Assembly: GCF_049243625.1 (NCBI RefSeq)
Contig: NZ_CP046975.1
From: Corynebacterium amycolatum
GTDB lineage: Bacteria; Actinomycetota; Actinomycetes; Mycobacteriales; Mycobacteriaceae
Length of the DNA: 32,000 nucleotides
Strand: one strand, 5' to 3'
Shown here one piece after another: positions 1 to 8,574 of this stretch (the stretch's first letter is position 1; every line of letters starts with the position of its first letter). The notes beneath the pieces are model-generated. The model saw only the letters and a program-made list of their open reading frames with translations. It did no database searches and was not told the origin of the DNA. A program made the translations under genes and the position numbers.

Positions 1-1
1 T

Positions 2-529
2 GCGCTGCGCTCCGACCTGGAACTTGTACCACTGCGTGGAAACATCGAAACCCGCATGGGGCGCGTCTCTGAGGACTTGGACGCTGTCATTCTGGCTCGC
101 GCCGGACTGGAGCGTACGGGGCGTCTCGGAGAGATTGCGGAATCCCTGGACGTGGACGTCCTCATGCCGGCCCCGGCGCAGGGCGCCCTGGCGCTGGAGT
201 GCCGCACTGCTGACCGCGAAATTGTGGATATTCTGCGGAAGATTGACCACCCGGTGTCCCATGCCCGCGCTGTCGCTGAGCGCGCTGTACTCAATGAGCT
301 GGAAGCGGGCTGCACCGCCCCGGTTGCGGCCTACGCAACCGTGAGCGATAGCGGTGAACTCACCCTGCGGGCGGGGGTGTTCGCAGTCGACGGATCGCGC
401 CAGTTGCTCGAGACCGCTACCGCAACCGTGGATAAGGCCGATGAGCTTGGCCGGAAGGTTGCGGCGGCCCTGCTTGAACAGGGTGCTCATGAGGTAATGG
501 GCGATACCCTGCGGGAATCTCAAAAGTAG
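2..529 (+). CDS. hemC: Porphobilinogen deaminase (hydroxymethylbilane synthase), C-terminal part; the 5' end lies upstream of the window
   Basis: The frame is open from base 2 (ALRSDLELVPLRGNIETRMGRV...) and continues into track ORF 56..529. LRGNIETR and DAVILARAGLERTG are typical HemC segments. hemD and hemB follow. Confidence 0.9.
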   Translation, partial: ALRSDLELVPLRGNIETRMGRVSEDLDAVILARAGLERTGRLGEIAESLDVDVLMPAPAQGALALECRTADREIVDILRKIDHPVSHARAVAERAVLNELEAGCTAPVAAYATVSDSGELTLRAGVFAVDGSRQLLETATATVDKADELGRKVAAALLEQGAHEVMGDTLRESQK

Positions 530-733
530 CCGGTTAGTTAATTTGGCTCAAACCCTTTATGCTAATAGGCCTGTATGCATGCCGTTGGGATAAGGGTTTC
601 CTTCGTGTGCTCGCATGTGAGATTCAGGTGTCTACCTGCCCCTCACATGTGTTGGCGCATGTCCGCTTTCTTCCTTAGTGACTCATCGGCACGAAAAGTG
701 AACAACCAATAGAAAAGAAATCACTCCGCAACG

Positions 734-2401
734 ATGAACACCTCCCTCCCCGCAGCAACGGGACGCATCCTGTTCGTCGGCGCTGGTCCTGGAAATCCCG
801 ACCTGCTGACGCTTCGCGCCCGTGAGATTCTCGCAGACACCGCTATCGCCTACGTCGACGCCGATGTCATGCCGGGGGTTCGAGAACTCGTCGCAACCGA
901 TGTGCCTGTTCCTCCCAAGCTGCTGAAGGAAGCCGAGGAAGAGTACGAGCGCATGTGCGCCGCAGCCAAGGCCAAGGGATCTCGTCGTAAGCCACCGCGT
1001 CCGGCACCGCCGACCGCCGCAGATTTGCGCGAGCCTATCGACGATCCCAAGAAGATGGCCGCCCTGCTCGTCGAAGAAGCAGCCAAAGGCAATGACGTAG
1101 TGCGTTTGGTGGCCGGAAATCCGCTGACCAACGATTCGCTGCTGGCCGAAATCAACGAGGTCTCGCACGCCGAGGTTGAGTTCCAGATCGTCCCTGGTAT
1201 GTCCGTGCCCTCCACCGTCCCGGCATTTGCCGGTATCGCGTTGGGTTCGACGTACACGGAGACCGATCTCGGTCGCGCCGATGTGGACTGGGACGAGTTG
1301 GCGCAGGCACCGCAGCCGCTGGTGCTGCAGGCCGTGCAGGATGACCTGTCCGCGATTGCCTCCGAACTCGGTGAACGCGGTCTGCCGTCGGCGTTGCCGG
1401 TGTCGGTGACTGTCAACGGTACTACTCGTCTGCAGCGCACCTACGACGTCACGCTGGGCACCTTGGCGCAGCTTTCGGGTGACCTGACCGGTCCGCTGGT
1501 GGTTACGCTTGGCAAGGGTGTGGACAATCGCTCGAAGTACTCGTGGTGGGAAAACCGGGCCCTCTACGGATGGAAGGTGCTGGTCCCACGCGCCAAGGCG
1601 CAGGCAGGGCCGATGAGTGCTCGTCTCGTTGGGCACGGCGCCATCCCGATTGAGGTCCCGACCATCTCAATCGAGCCACCACGTAGCCCAGCGCAGATGG
1701 AACGCGCCATCAAGGGGCTTGTCGACGGCCGTTACCAGTGGGTTGTCTTCACTTCCGTCAACGCTGTCACCGCAGTGTGGGAGAAGTTCCAGGCATTCGG
1801 CTTGGACGCGCGCTCGTTCGCTGGAGTCCGCATCGCAGCCGTCGGGCATCGCACCGCTGCTGCCATCCGTGATCTCGGCATTACCCCGGAGCTGCTTCCG
1901 GACGACACTCGTCAGAACGCCGCGGGCATCGTCGACGTGTTCCCGGAGTACATCGAGGATCTCGATCCGGTCAACCGCGTATTGCTGCCACGCGCCGACA
2001 TCGGCACCGACGTGCTTGTCGACGGTCTGATTGACCTGGGCTGGGAAGTCGATGATGTGGTCGCTTACCGTACCGTGCGGGCAGCGCCACCGAGTGCGGA
2101 CATCCGCGACATGATTAAGTCCGGTGGCTTCGACGCAGTGTGCTTTACCTCGGGGTCGACGGTGAAGAACCTGGTCGGCATCGCGGGTAAGCCGCATGCT
2201 CGCACCATCATTGCCTGCATCGGGCCGATGGCCGCAGCCACGGCTCGCGAGTACGGTCTGCGTGTAGATGTCGTGCCGGAGCGGGCAAGCATCTCGGAGC
2301 TGGTGGACGCGCTGGCAGAGCATGTTGCGCAATTGCGGGCTGCAGGGCAACTGCCACCGCCGCGCAAAAAGCGTCGTCGTTCGCGTAAAACCAAGGCCTA
2401 A
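734..2401 (+). CDS. hemD: Bifunctional-type protein: N-terminal tetrapyrrole (SUMT/CobA-like) methylase fold fused to C-terminal uroporphyrinogen-III synthase (HEM4)
   Basis: The N-terminus GRILFVGAGPGNPDLLTLRA resembles the SUMT G-loop. The C-terminal half (WKVLVPRAKAQAG...WVVFTSVNAV...VCFTSGSTV) resembles HemD repeats. The gene lies between hemC and hemB, as in the actinobacterial cysG/hemD fusion. It has a basic C-terminal tail, PPPRKKRRRSRKTKA. Confidence 0.85.
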   Translation: MNTSLPAATGRILFVGAGPGNPDLLTLRAREILADTAIAYVDADVMPGVRELVATDVPVPPKLLKEAEEEYERMCAAAKAKGSRRKPPRPAPPTAADLREPIDDPKKMAALLVEEAAKGNDVVRLVAGNPLTNDSLLAEINEVSHAEVEFQIVPGMSVPSTVPAFAGIALGSTYTETDLGRADVDWDELAQAPQPLVLQAVQDDLSAIASELGERGLPSALPVSVTVNGTTRLQRTYDVTLGTLAQLSGDLTGPLVVTLGKGVDNRSKYSWWENRALYGWKVLVPRAKAQAGPMSARLVGHGAIPIEVPTISIEPPRSPAQMERAIKGLVDGRYQWVVFTSVNAVTAVWEKFQAFGLDARSFAGVRIAAVGHRTAAAIRDLGITPELLPDDTRQNAAGIVDVFPEYIEDLDPVNRVLLPRADIGTDVLVDGLIDLGWEVDDVVAYRTVRAAPPSADIRDMIKSGGFDAVCFTSGSTVKNLVGIAGKPHARTIIACIGPMAAATAREYGLRVDVVPERASISELVDALAEHVAQLRAAGQLPPPRKKRRRSRKTKA

Positions 2402-2448
2402 ACCAGGGCGAATCGGGGCGAGTTCGCGTTTTGATTAAGGTTGTCTTT

Positions 2449-3507
2449 ATGACTACATCTGGAGCTTCTGAATCATCCCGCGAAATCGATCTCGAACAGT
2501 TTGGATTTCCTCTCCCGATTCGTCGCCCACGCAGGCTGCGCACCAACCCGGTGATGCGTGCGATGACGGCAGAGACGACACTGACTCCGAAGAATCTCAT
2601 CCTTCCCATGTTTGTTGCAGATGGGATTGATGAGCCGAAGCCAATCAGCTCCCTGCCCGGGGTAGTGCAGCACACCGAAGACTCCCTGGTGGAAGCTGTG
2701 CGCGAGGCTGTTGAGGCAGGTATCTCGGCGGTTGACCTCTTCGGTGTCCCGCTCGATGCGGATAAGGACGGCGAGGGCTCTGAATCCTGGAATCCGGAGG
2801 GCGTTCTCAACCGCGCTCTGCGTCGTCTCCGCGACGAGTTCGGGAATGACATTCTGATTATGGCCGACACCTGTCTGGATGAGTTCACTGACCACGGCCA
2901 CTGTGGCGTACTGGGCACGGATCGCTTCGGCAACACGGTCGTTGAGAATGACCGCACGCTGATTAACTACGTCAAGATGGCCGTTGCCCAAGCCGACGCC
3001 GGTGCACATATCGTGTCCCCGTCGGGCATGATGGACGGCCAGATTGCCGCTATTCGTGAGGGGCTGGACGCCGCTGGCCATGAGGATGTCTCCATCATGG
3101 CGTACTCGGCAAAGTACGCCTCCGCCTTCTACGGTCCATTCCGTGAAGCCGTGGGCAGCTCGCTACAGGGCGATCGCCGTACCTACCAGCAGGATCCTGC
3201 AAACCGTCGTGAGTCCCTGCTCGAAGTGCAGCTCGACGTTGACGAGGGTGCGGACATGGTGATGGTCAAGCCGGCCATGAGCTACCTGGACATCCTGCGC
3301 GAGGTCGCAGACATCTCGCCGGTGCCGGTTGCTGCCTACCAGGTCTCTGGTGAGTACGCGATGATTCACGCCGCTGCCGCCAACGGGTGGATTGACCTGG
3401 ATGCTGCGATGATGGAAGCAGTGCTGAGCATTCGCCGTGCCGGTGCGGAGCAGATTTTGACCTACGCAGCGGTGGACTTGGCGAAGAAGCTGCGCGCCCA
3501 GTTCTAA
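2449..3507 (+). CDS. hemB: Porphobilinogen synthase (delta-aminolevulinic acid dehydratase)
   Basis: RRPRRLR near the N-terminus, the metal-site segment DTCLDEFTDHGHCG, the active-site region MVKPA, and YQVSGEYAM. I prefer the ATG at 2449 over the track's TTG at 2431. Confidence 0.92.
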   Translation: MTTSGASESSREIDLEQFGFPLPIRRPRRLRTNPVMRAMTAETTLTPKNLILPMFVADGIDEPKPISSLPGVVQHTEDSLVEAVREAVEAGISAVDLFGVPLDADKDGEGSESWNPEGVLNRALRRLRDEFGNDILIMADTCLDEFTDHGHCGVLGTDRFGNTVVENDRTLINYVKMAVAQADAGAHIVSPSGMMDGQIAAIREGLDAAGHEDVSIMAYSAKYASAFYGPFREAVGSSLQGDRRTYQQDPANRRESLLEVQLDVDEGADMVMVKPAMSYLDILREVADISPVPVAAYQVSGEYAMIHAAAANGWIDLDAAMMEAVLSIRRAGAEQILTYAAVDLAKKLRAQF

Positions 3508-3552
3508 TTCGCTGAGGCGAACGTGCAGTAATAAACATCGAGAAGTGGACGG

Positions 3553-4197
3553 ATGACTAAAGAAGAGAAGAAGCCCGCAATTCCCGAGCAGGTCGAGGGA
3601 GCTAGGCAGGCGTGGCGGGTTACGGCCGTGTTGCAGCTGCTCCTCGCTGCAGTAGCCACGGTGACCTACTGGCTGCATCCGGAAATGCTGATGAGCCCCT
3701 CAACCGCTAAGGAGAGTTTCCCGGGTTTCAGCGAGGGCCAGATTGATGCCGCCATGAAGGCGAGTATCGTTATCGCGTTCTTTTTCGCAGTGGGGCTTTG
3801 CATCGCGTTCTTCGCCATCATCGAGCGAATGCGCAAGGGGAGCGAAGGTGCTCGCACCGTGCTGGTTATCGGCTCGCTTTACCTGGCACTGTCGGCGCTG
3901 ATGTCCTTCTTCTCTTCTACGGCTTCAGAATCGGGAGTGCCATCATCCCTTGTTCTTATCAGCGGAATTGTGCGAATCGCCTCTGCCACTGCCGCGGTAG
4001 CTGGCCTGGTGCTCGCCGCCTCGAAGGAGTCCAAGGACTACTTCAATCATCAGCGCCCCTCGAAACCGTGGACTCCGTCCGCGCCGAAATCGCATCTGCC
4101 GGGAGCGTCGAAGCATGGCGCTGATACAAAGCAGCAACAGCAGCTGGACCAGTCACAGCCCAAGCAGCCCAAGCAGCCTGAGGAGTCCAAGCAATGA
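3553..4197 (+). CDS. Hypothetical integral membrane protein (about 4 TM) with a Gln/Lys/Pro-rich C-terminal tail
   Basis: Four hydrophobic segments are visible in the translation. The stop overlaps the next start (ATGA at 4194-4197). I recall two uncharacterised membrane-protein genes (Rv0513/Rv0514) following hemB in M. tuberculosis. No recognisable catalytic motif. Confidence 0.6.
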   Translation: MTKEEKKPAIPEQVEGARQAWRVTAVLQLLLAAVATVTYWLHPEMLMSPSTAKESFPGFSEGQIDAAMKASIVIAFFFAVGLCIAFFAIIERMRKGSEGARTVLVIGSLYLALSALMSFFSSTASESGVPSSLVLISGIVRIASATAAVAGLVLAASKESKDYFNHQRPSKPWTPSAPKSHLPGASKHGADTKQQQQLDQSQPKQPKQPEESKQ

Positions 4198-4574
4198 TGT
4201 CCCTGCCGAGTCGGCCCTGGCAGTGGGTGCTCTTCGTCGCGCTCATCGCCCAGATTGTCCTGAGCTTGATACTGGTCACCGGAGATTACTCGCAGGCTCC
4301 CGCTGCCGTTGGCCGCGATATCTACATCGTCGCCGGTGTGACGCTGGTCTGCTCGCTCATTGGTAGCGGCTGCTTGCCGACGGCCACTGAGTTCAAACTC
4401 TCCCGGAACTGCCTGCTCATCATGGTGATTGTCACGGCTCTCGCCATGTTCTTTGCCATTATGGCCGGTGCGCTGACTGTATGGGTTATCGTGCCCAGCC
4501 TGGCGATGGCGTGTGGACTACTGTTGCTCTATCGTGAATTAGCGCTCACGCGCGCCAATCAGCCACAGGATTAG
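4194..4574 (+). CDS. Hypothetical integral membrane protein (about 4 TM)
   Basis: 126 aa, almost entirely hydrophobic helices. The start overlaps the upstream stop by 4 bp. The gene lies 20 bp upstream of the ATPase-like gene. Confidence 0.6.
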   Translation: MMSLPSRPWQWVLFVALIAQIVLSLILVTGDYSQAPAAVGRDIYIVAGVTLVCSLIGSGCLPTATEFKLSRNCLLIMVIVTALAMFFAIMAGALTVWVIVPSLAMACGLLLLYRELALTRANQPQD

Positions 4575-4593
4575 ACGGAAAGTTTCAAAGGCC

Positions 4594-7185
4594 ATGAGTG
4601 ACACCGGTGAGTTTGATTTCTCTCTGGACAATCGCGTTGAACAGGCGATTGTGGATGCCAAGGTCGCTGCTCGTAAGGCATTGCCACGAAGCCGTCAGGA
4701 TATCGACGAAGAAAGTGCCCATCAGCGGCTTGCACACCGCAGAGGCCAGTCCAACACAGCTTTCGCACTCATCCTGGAAAACTTGGAAAACGCCGAGAGC
4801 GCTGAGCGTGCTGAGCATGTTTTGGAATCCTTTCCAGATGTGACAGCCTCTGTGGTTTACAAGCCCGGACGCGCGTGGATTACAGCGCCCGATACCATCG
4901 ATCCGAATCAGTTCATCGAAGCTCTCCGCGAAATCGGGGTCGAGTCGTACCTCACGCGCAGCACGCTTCGTCGTCGTGCAACTCGGCTGGATGTGTCACA
5001 ACATCGCCGTCCCGCTGTTCCGGCTGCCGCTCAACAGAATGAGGAGGAGCGCATTCGCCGTCGTGAAGCGGCCTTGCGCCGAAGCGGCGGCGGTGCGGAG
5101 GTACTGTTCACGGCGCGTGAACTGGTGACCAAGCAGCGCTTTTGGGGCAGCCTGTTCCTATCGATTCCGGTGCTGGTGACGTCGTTGAACGTCAACTGGC
5201 AGTTCCCGGGCTGGCAGTGGATGTGCCTTGTGCTGACCACGATTGTGGTGTGGTGGGGTGGCTGGCCGTTCCACCGGGCAATGGCGGCGTCCCTGCGTCG
5301 GCGGATGTCGGCGCTGGATGGGGCGAGCTCCATTGCCATTCTGCTGGCGTGGCTGTGGTCGCTGGCGCAGCTTATCTTTGGTCCCGCGGGACAGATTGGA
5401 TATACCACTGCGCCCACGTGGTTTGCTTTCAACTACCGGGAAAGCGCCTCGGCAGAGGTGTTTTTCGACGTTGCTTGCGGCCTGACCGTGCTGTTGCTAA
5501 CAGGCCGTATGTTTACGCGCTACAACAAGGTGCGTACTGGACAGATTTTGCGCAACCTGCGCATTCCAGCTGAGCGAAATGTGACGGTCGTGCGCAAGAG
5601 CGCCAAATCCGCGGAGCCGAAACGAGTGGAGGTAACGGTCGCCGAGCTCAATATCGGTGATGACATCGTGGTTCCACCGCACTCGGTGATTCCGGTCGAT
5701 GGCTCAGTCATCGGTGGTGCGTCCACGATGGATGCACAGCTACTCGGTATTGGCGTTGAACCGCAGAAGGTCAAGGTCAACTCCAAGGTTTGGGCCGGCG
5801 CAATCAACCTGGATTCGGAGCTCAAGGTGCGCGTGGAGCGCACCGGTTTCAAGACCCGGGCGTCATCGATAGCGCGCTGGCTGCGTCAAGCGGTTCGAGA
5901 AGAAACGGTGATGCACCAGACCGCAGTGCACTCGGCATCAGAGCTGGTGCCGTGGACGCTGTCATTGGCAGGCGTGGCATTTTGCGGCTGGTGGCTGGCG
6001 ACGGGCACGATGAGCGGTGCCCTCGCGGTGGCGCTGGCCATACTCTCGGGCATCGCGCCGGTGGCATTGGCAATGTCTACGTCGACCGTGCAGCGCATCG
6101 GGATTCTGGCCGGTGCTAGTAACGGAATTTTGATTCGTGGCAATGAGACTTTCCGGAAGTTGGCTACCGCCAATGTGGTGATTTTTAACCGAGTTGGAAC
6201 CCTGACCGAGGGTGACACCCACGTGCTCGGTGTCGCCGCAGAGCGCAATGAAAATCCGGATTTGGTTCTGCGTGTGGCGGGCGCTCTCATGATGGAGAGC
6301 AACCACCCGGCATCGGCGGCCATCGTGCGCGCGTGCCGTGCATCCCGCGACGCCGGTTCCGGCGGTGGCGAGGTGCCGCACTGGATTGAGACCGTGCATG
6401 TCGCAATTGCGGAAGACGGTGCGTTCGTTGGCCAGGTAGAGATTCCGGTGAAGGACTCCGACGACAAGTTGGAGATGCGCTTTGTTGAGGGGCGTGTTTG
6501 GCGTCCACGTGATCTCACTGCACTCAGCGAGAAAATGGCCGTGGCTGCGCTCAGTGGCGGTACACCGATGGTGGTGTCGTGGCGTGGCAAGGTCCGTGGT
6601 GTTATCACCATTGGTGAGGACATTAAGCCCGATGCGGTCGAGAGCATTGACCAGCTGGAGGATATGGGCGTGGACACCATGATGATCACTCGAGATCCGT
6701 ATCCAGTAGCTCGTCGTTTTGCTGACCGGCTGAATATCTCGCGAGTATTCGCGGGCATCATTGCCTCCCGCAAGGCCATTGCGGTGCGTTCGGTCCACAG
6801 TGACGGTGAGACAGTCGTGATGGTTGGCGACAAGGACATCCGGGACTCTCTGCGTGCCGCTGATGTGGGTGTTTTGATGGACAACACCGAAGGCAACCAG
6901 AATCTTGATGTCGATTACGCCGATGTCGTGGCACTGCGCAACAACGTGTTGTCGATTCCGGAGGCCATTGAAATCGCACGTGCTGTGGTGCGGATGATGG
7001 ACTCCAACATCTACTTTGCGTGGTTCTACAACGTTGCAGTCATCCTGCTGGGTATGACCGGTATGATTCACCCGCTCCTGGCATCGCTATTGATGATTTT
7101 CTCCAGCTTGTGGATCGACTGGCGTTCCCGTCGAGTGTCGTCCCGCAGGAAGCATCTATTCAGGGTGAAGCTGGGACGTTGGTAG
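4594..7185 (+). CDS. CopA-like P1B-type ATPase homolog with degenerate catalytic and metal-binding motifs (probable pseudo-enzyme, not an active pump)
   Basis: 863 aa with the complete P1B layout: an HMA-like N-domain, 8 predicted TM segments, an actuator region (GDDIVVPPHSVIPVDG), a P/N domain (VGTLTEG, SNHPAS, MMITRD, VGD...AADVGV), an M5 YN and an M6 MIFSS (MxxSS). The key residues are replaced; see findings. Confidence 0.85.
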   Translation: MSDTGEFDFSLDNRVEQAIVDAKVAARKALPRSRQDIDEESAHQRLAHRRGQSNTAFALILENLENAESAERAEHVLESFPDVTASVVYKPGRAWITAPDTIDPNQFIEALREIGVESYLTRSTLRRRATRLDVSQHRRPAVPAAAQQNEEERIRRREAALRRSGGGAEVLFTARELVTKQRFWGSLFLSIPVLVTSLNVNWQFPGWQWMCLVLTTIVVWWGGWPFHRAMAASLRRRMSALDGASSIAILLAWLWSLAQLIFGPAGQIGYTTAPTWFAFNYRESASAEVFFDVACGLTVLLLTGRMFTRYNKVRTGQILRNLRIPAERNVTVVRKSAKSAEPKRVEVTVAELNIGDDIVVPPHSVIPVDGSVIGGASTMDAQLLGIGVEPQKVKVNSKVWAGAINLDSELKVRVERTGFKTRASSIARWLRQAVREETVMHQTAVHSASELVPWTLSLAGVAFCGWWLATGTMSGALAVALAILSGIAPVALAMSTSTVQRIGILAGASNGILIRGNETFRKLATANVVIFNRVGTLTEGDTHVLGVAAERNENPDLVLRVAGALMMESNHPASAAIVRACRASRDAGSGGGEVPHWIETVHVAIAEDGAFVGQVEIPVKDSDDKLEMRFVEGRVWRPRDLTALSEKMAVAALSGGTPMVVSWRGKVRGVITIGEDIKPDAVESIDQLEDMGVDTMMITRDPYPVARRFADRLNISRVFAGIIASRKAIAVRSVHSDGETVVMVGDKDIRDSLRAADVGVLMDNTEGNQNLDVDYADVVALRNNVLSIPEAIEIARAVVRMMDSNIYFAWFYNVAVILLGMTGMIHPLLASLLMIFSSLWIDWRSRRVSSRRKHLFRVKLGRW

Positions 7186-7220
7186 GGCAGGGTAGCCCTT
7201 AATCCGAGTGGCCGTCTACG

Positions 7221-8567
7221 ATGGTCACCGTGACTCAAGACATTAATGCTCCTCATGTCCCAGAAAACGTTGAGCTCACCGAGCGTTCGGCAGAGTTCTT
7301 TACGCAGGCTCAGGCAGTGACGCCGGGTGGCGTGAACTCGCCGGTCCGCGCCTTCGGTTCCGTCGGTGGCACCCCACGTTTCATTGACCACGCCGCGGGC
7401 TCTCGTCTCGTGGATGTTGATGGCAACGAATATGTGGACTTGGTCTGCTCGTGGGGTCCAATGATTCTGGGCCACGCCCACCCGGCAGTGGTGGAGGCCG
7501 TTCAGAGTGCCGCCACTCGCGGGTTGTCTTTCGGCGCTCCGACGACGGCTGAGACCGATCTGGCTCGTCACATCGTTGAGCGCACGTCGGTAGATGAGGT
7601 GCGTCTGGTCAACTCCGGCACTGAGGCCACCATGTCCGCAGTTCGCCTGGCTCGCGGTTTCACTGGCCGTTCCAAGATCATCAAGTTCGCCGGCTGCTAC
7701 CACGGTCACGTGGACGCGCTGCTGGCATCGGCCGGTTCTGGTGTCGCTACTTTTGGTCTGCCGGATTCGCCGGGTGTCACCGGTGCATCGGCTGCCGACA
7801 CCATTGTTGTTCCTTACAACGACATTGAGGCGGTCAAGGCCGCATTTGCTGAGAACCCGGGCGAGATTGCCTGTGTCATCACTGAGGCGGCAGCGGGCAA
7901 CATGGGTACCGTCGCACCGCAGGACAACTTCAACGCGAAGCTGAAGGAAGTCTGCCACGCAGACGGCGCTCTGCTGATCCTCGATGAGGTTATGACTGGC
8001 TTCCGCGCTTCCTACAACGGCTGGTACGGCATTGATGGTGTGGCCGGTGACCTGACCACCTTCGGCAAGGTCGTCTCCGGTGGTTTGCCGGCCGCTGCCT
8101 TCGGCGGTCGCCGCGATGTCATGGAGTATCTGGCCCCGAATGGTCCGGTGTACCAGGCAGGTACGCTCTCCGGTAACCCGGTCGCTATGGCAGCTGGCCT
8201 GGCCAACCTGGAAAACGCCACGAAGGATGTCTATGACACCGTTGCGGCCAATGCGGATTGCCTGGCCACGATTCTGTCCGATGCCCTGACCAAGCAGGGC
8301 GTGGCCCACCACATTCAGCGTGCGGGCACGATGCTCTCGCCGCGCTTCGCCGAGGGTGAGGGGCACAACTTTGAGCAGATGCAGGCAGCGGATACTTTCC
8401 GCTACCCGGCCTTCTTCCACGCACTGCTGGCCAATGGTGTCTACCCGCCGGCTTCTTGCTACGAGACCTGGTTCGTCTCCGCCGCACTCACCGACGCCGA
8501 CTTCGAAATCATCGAGCGTGCAGCAGCCCGCGCGGCCGAGGCGGCGGCAGCCGCCAAGCCGGAGTAG
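7221..8567 (+). CDS. hemL: Glutamate-1-semialdehyde 2,1-aminomutase
   Basis: [12 protein letters not shown], the class-III aminotransferase body, [11 protein letters not shown] and [11 protein letters not shown] (PLP-lysine region) are typical HemL. Confidence 0.93.
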   Translation: MVTVTQDINAPHVPENVELTERSAEFFTQAQAVTPGGVNSPVRAFGSVGGTPRFIDHAAGSRLVDVDGNEYVDLVCSWGPMILGHAHPAVVEAVQSAATRGLSFGAPTTAETDLARHIVERTSVDEVRLVNSGTEATMSAVRLARGFTGRSKIIKFAGCYHGHVDALLASAGSGVATFGLPDSPGVTGASAADTIVVPYNDIEAVKAAFAENPGEIACVITEAAAGNMGTVAPQDNFNAKLKEVCHADGALLILDEVMTGFRASYNGWYGIDGVAGDLTTFGKVVSGGLPAAAFGGRRDVMEYLAPNGPVYQAGTLSGNPVAMAAGLANLENATKDVYDTVAANADCLATILSDALTKQGVAHHIQRAGTMLSPRFAEGEGHNFEQMQAADTFRYPAFFHALLANGVYPPASCYETWFVSAALTDADFEIIERAAARAAEAAAAAKPE

Positions 8568-8574
8568 GTGACAC

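Noticed and set aside
533-560. Possible DtxR-type iron box (ttagttaatttggctcaaa) after hemC
   Set aside because: Only about 10 of 19 positions match the TWAGGTWAGSCTWACCTWA consensus as I remember it, and the dyad symmetry is poor.
683-1636. 317-aa and 196-aa minus-strand ORFs opposite hemD
   Set aside because: They are antisense to a well-supported CDS. The composition is Arg/Gly-rich and there are no recognisable domains.
5886-7071. 336-aa and 369-aa minus-strand ORFs opposite the ATPase-like gene
   Set aside because: These are shadow ORFs. The plus-strand frame carries the entire P-type ATPase scaffold, and the minus-strand translations are low-complexity.
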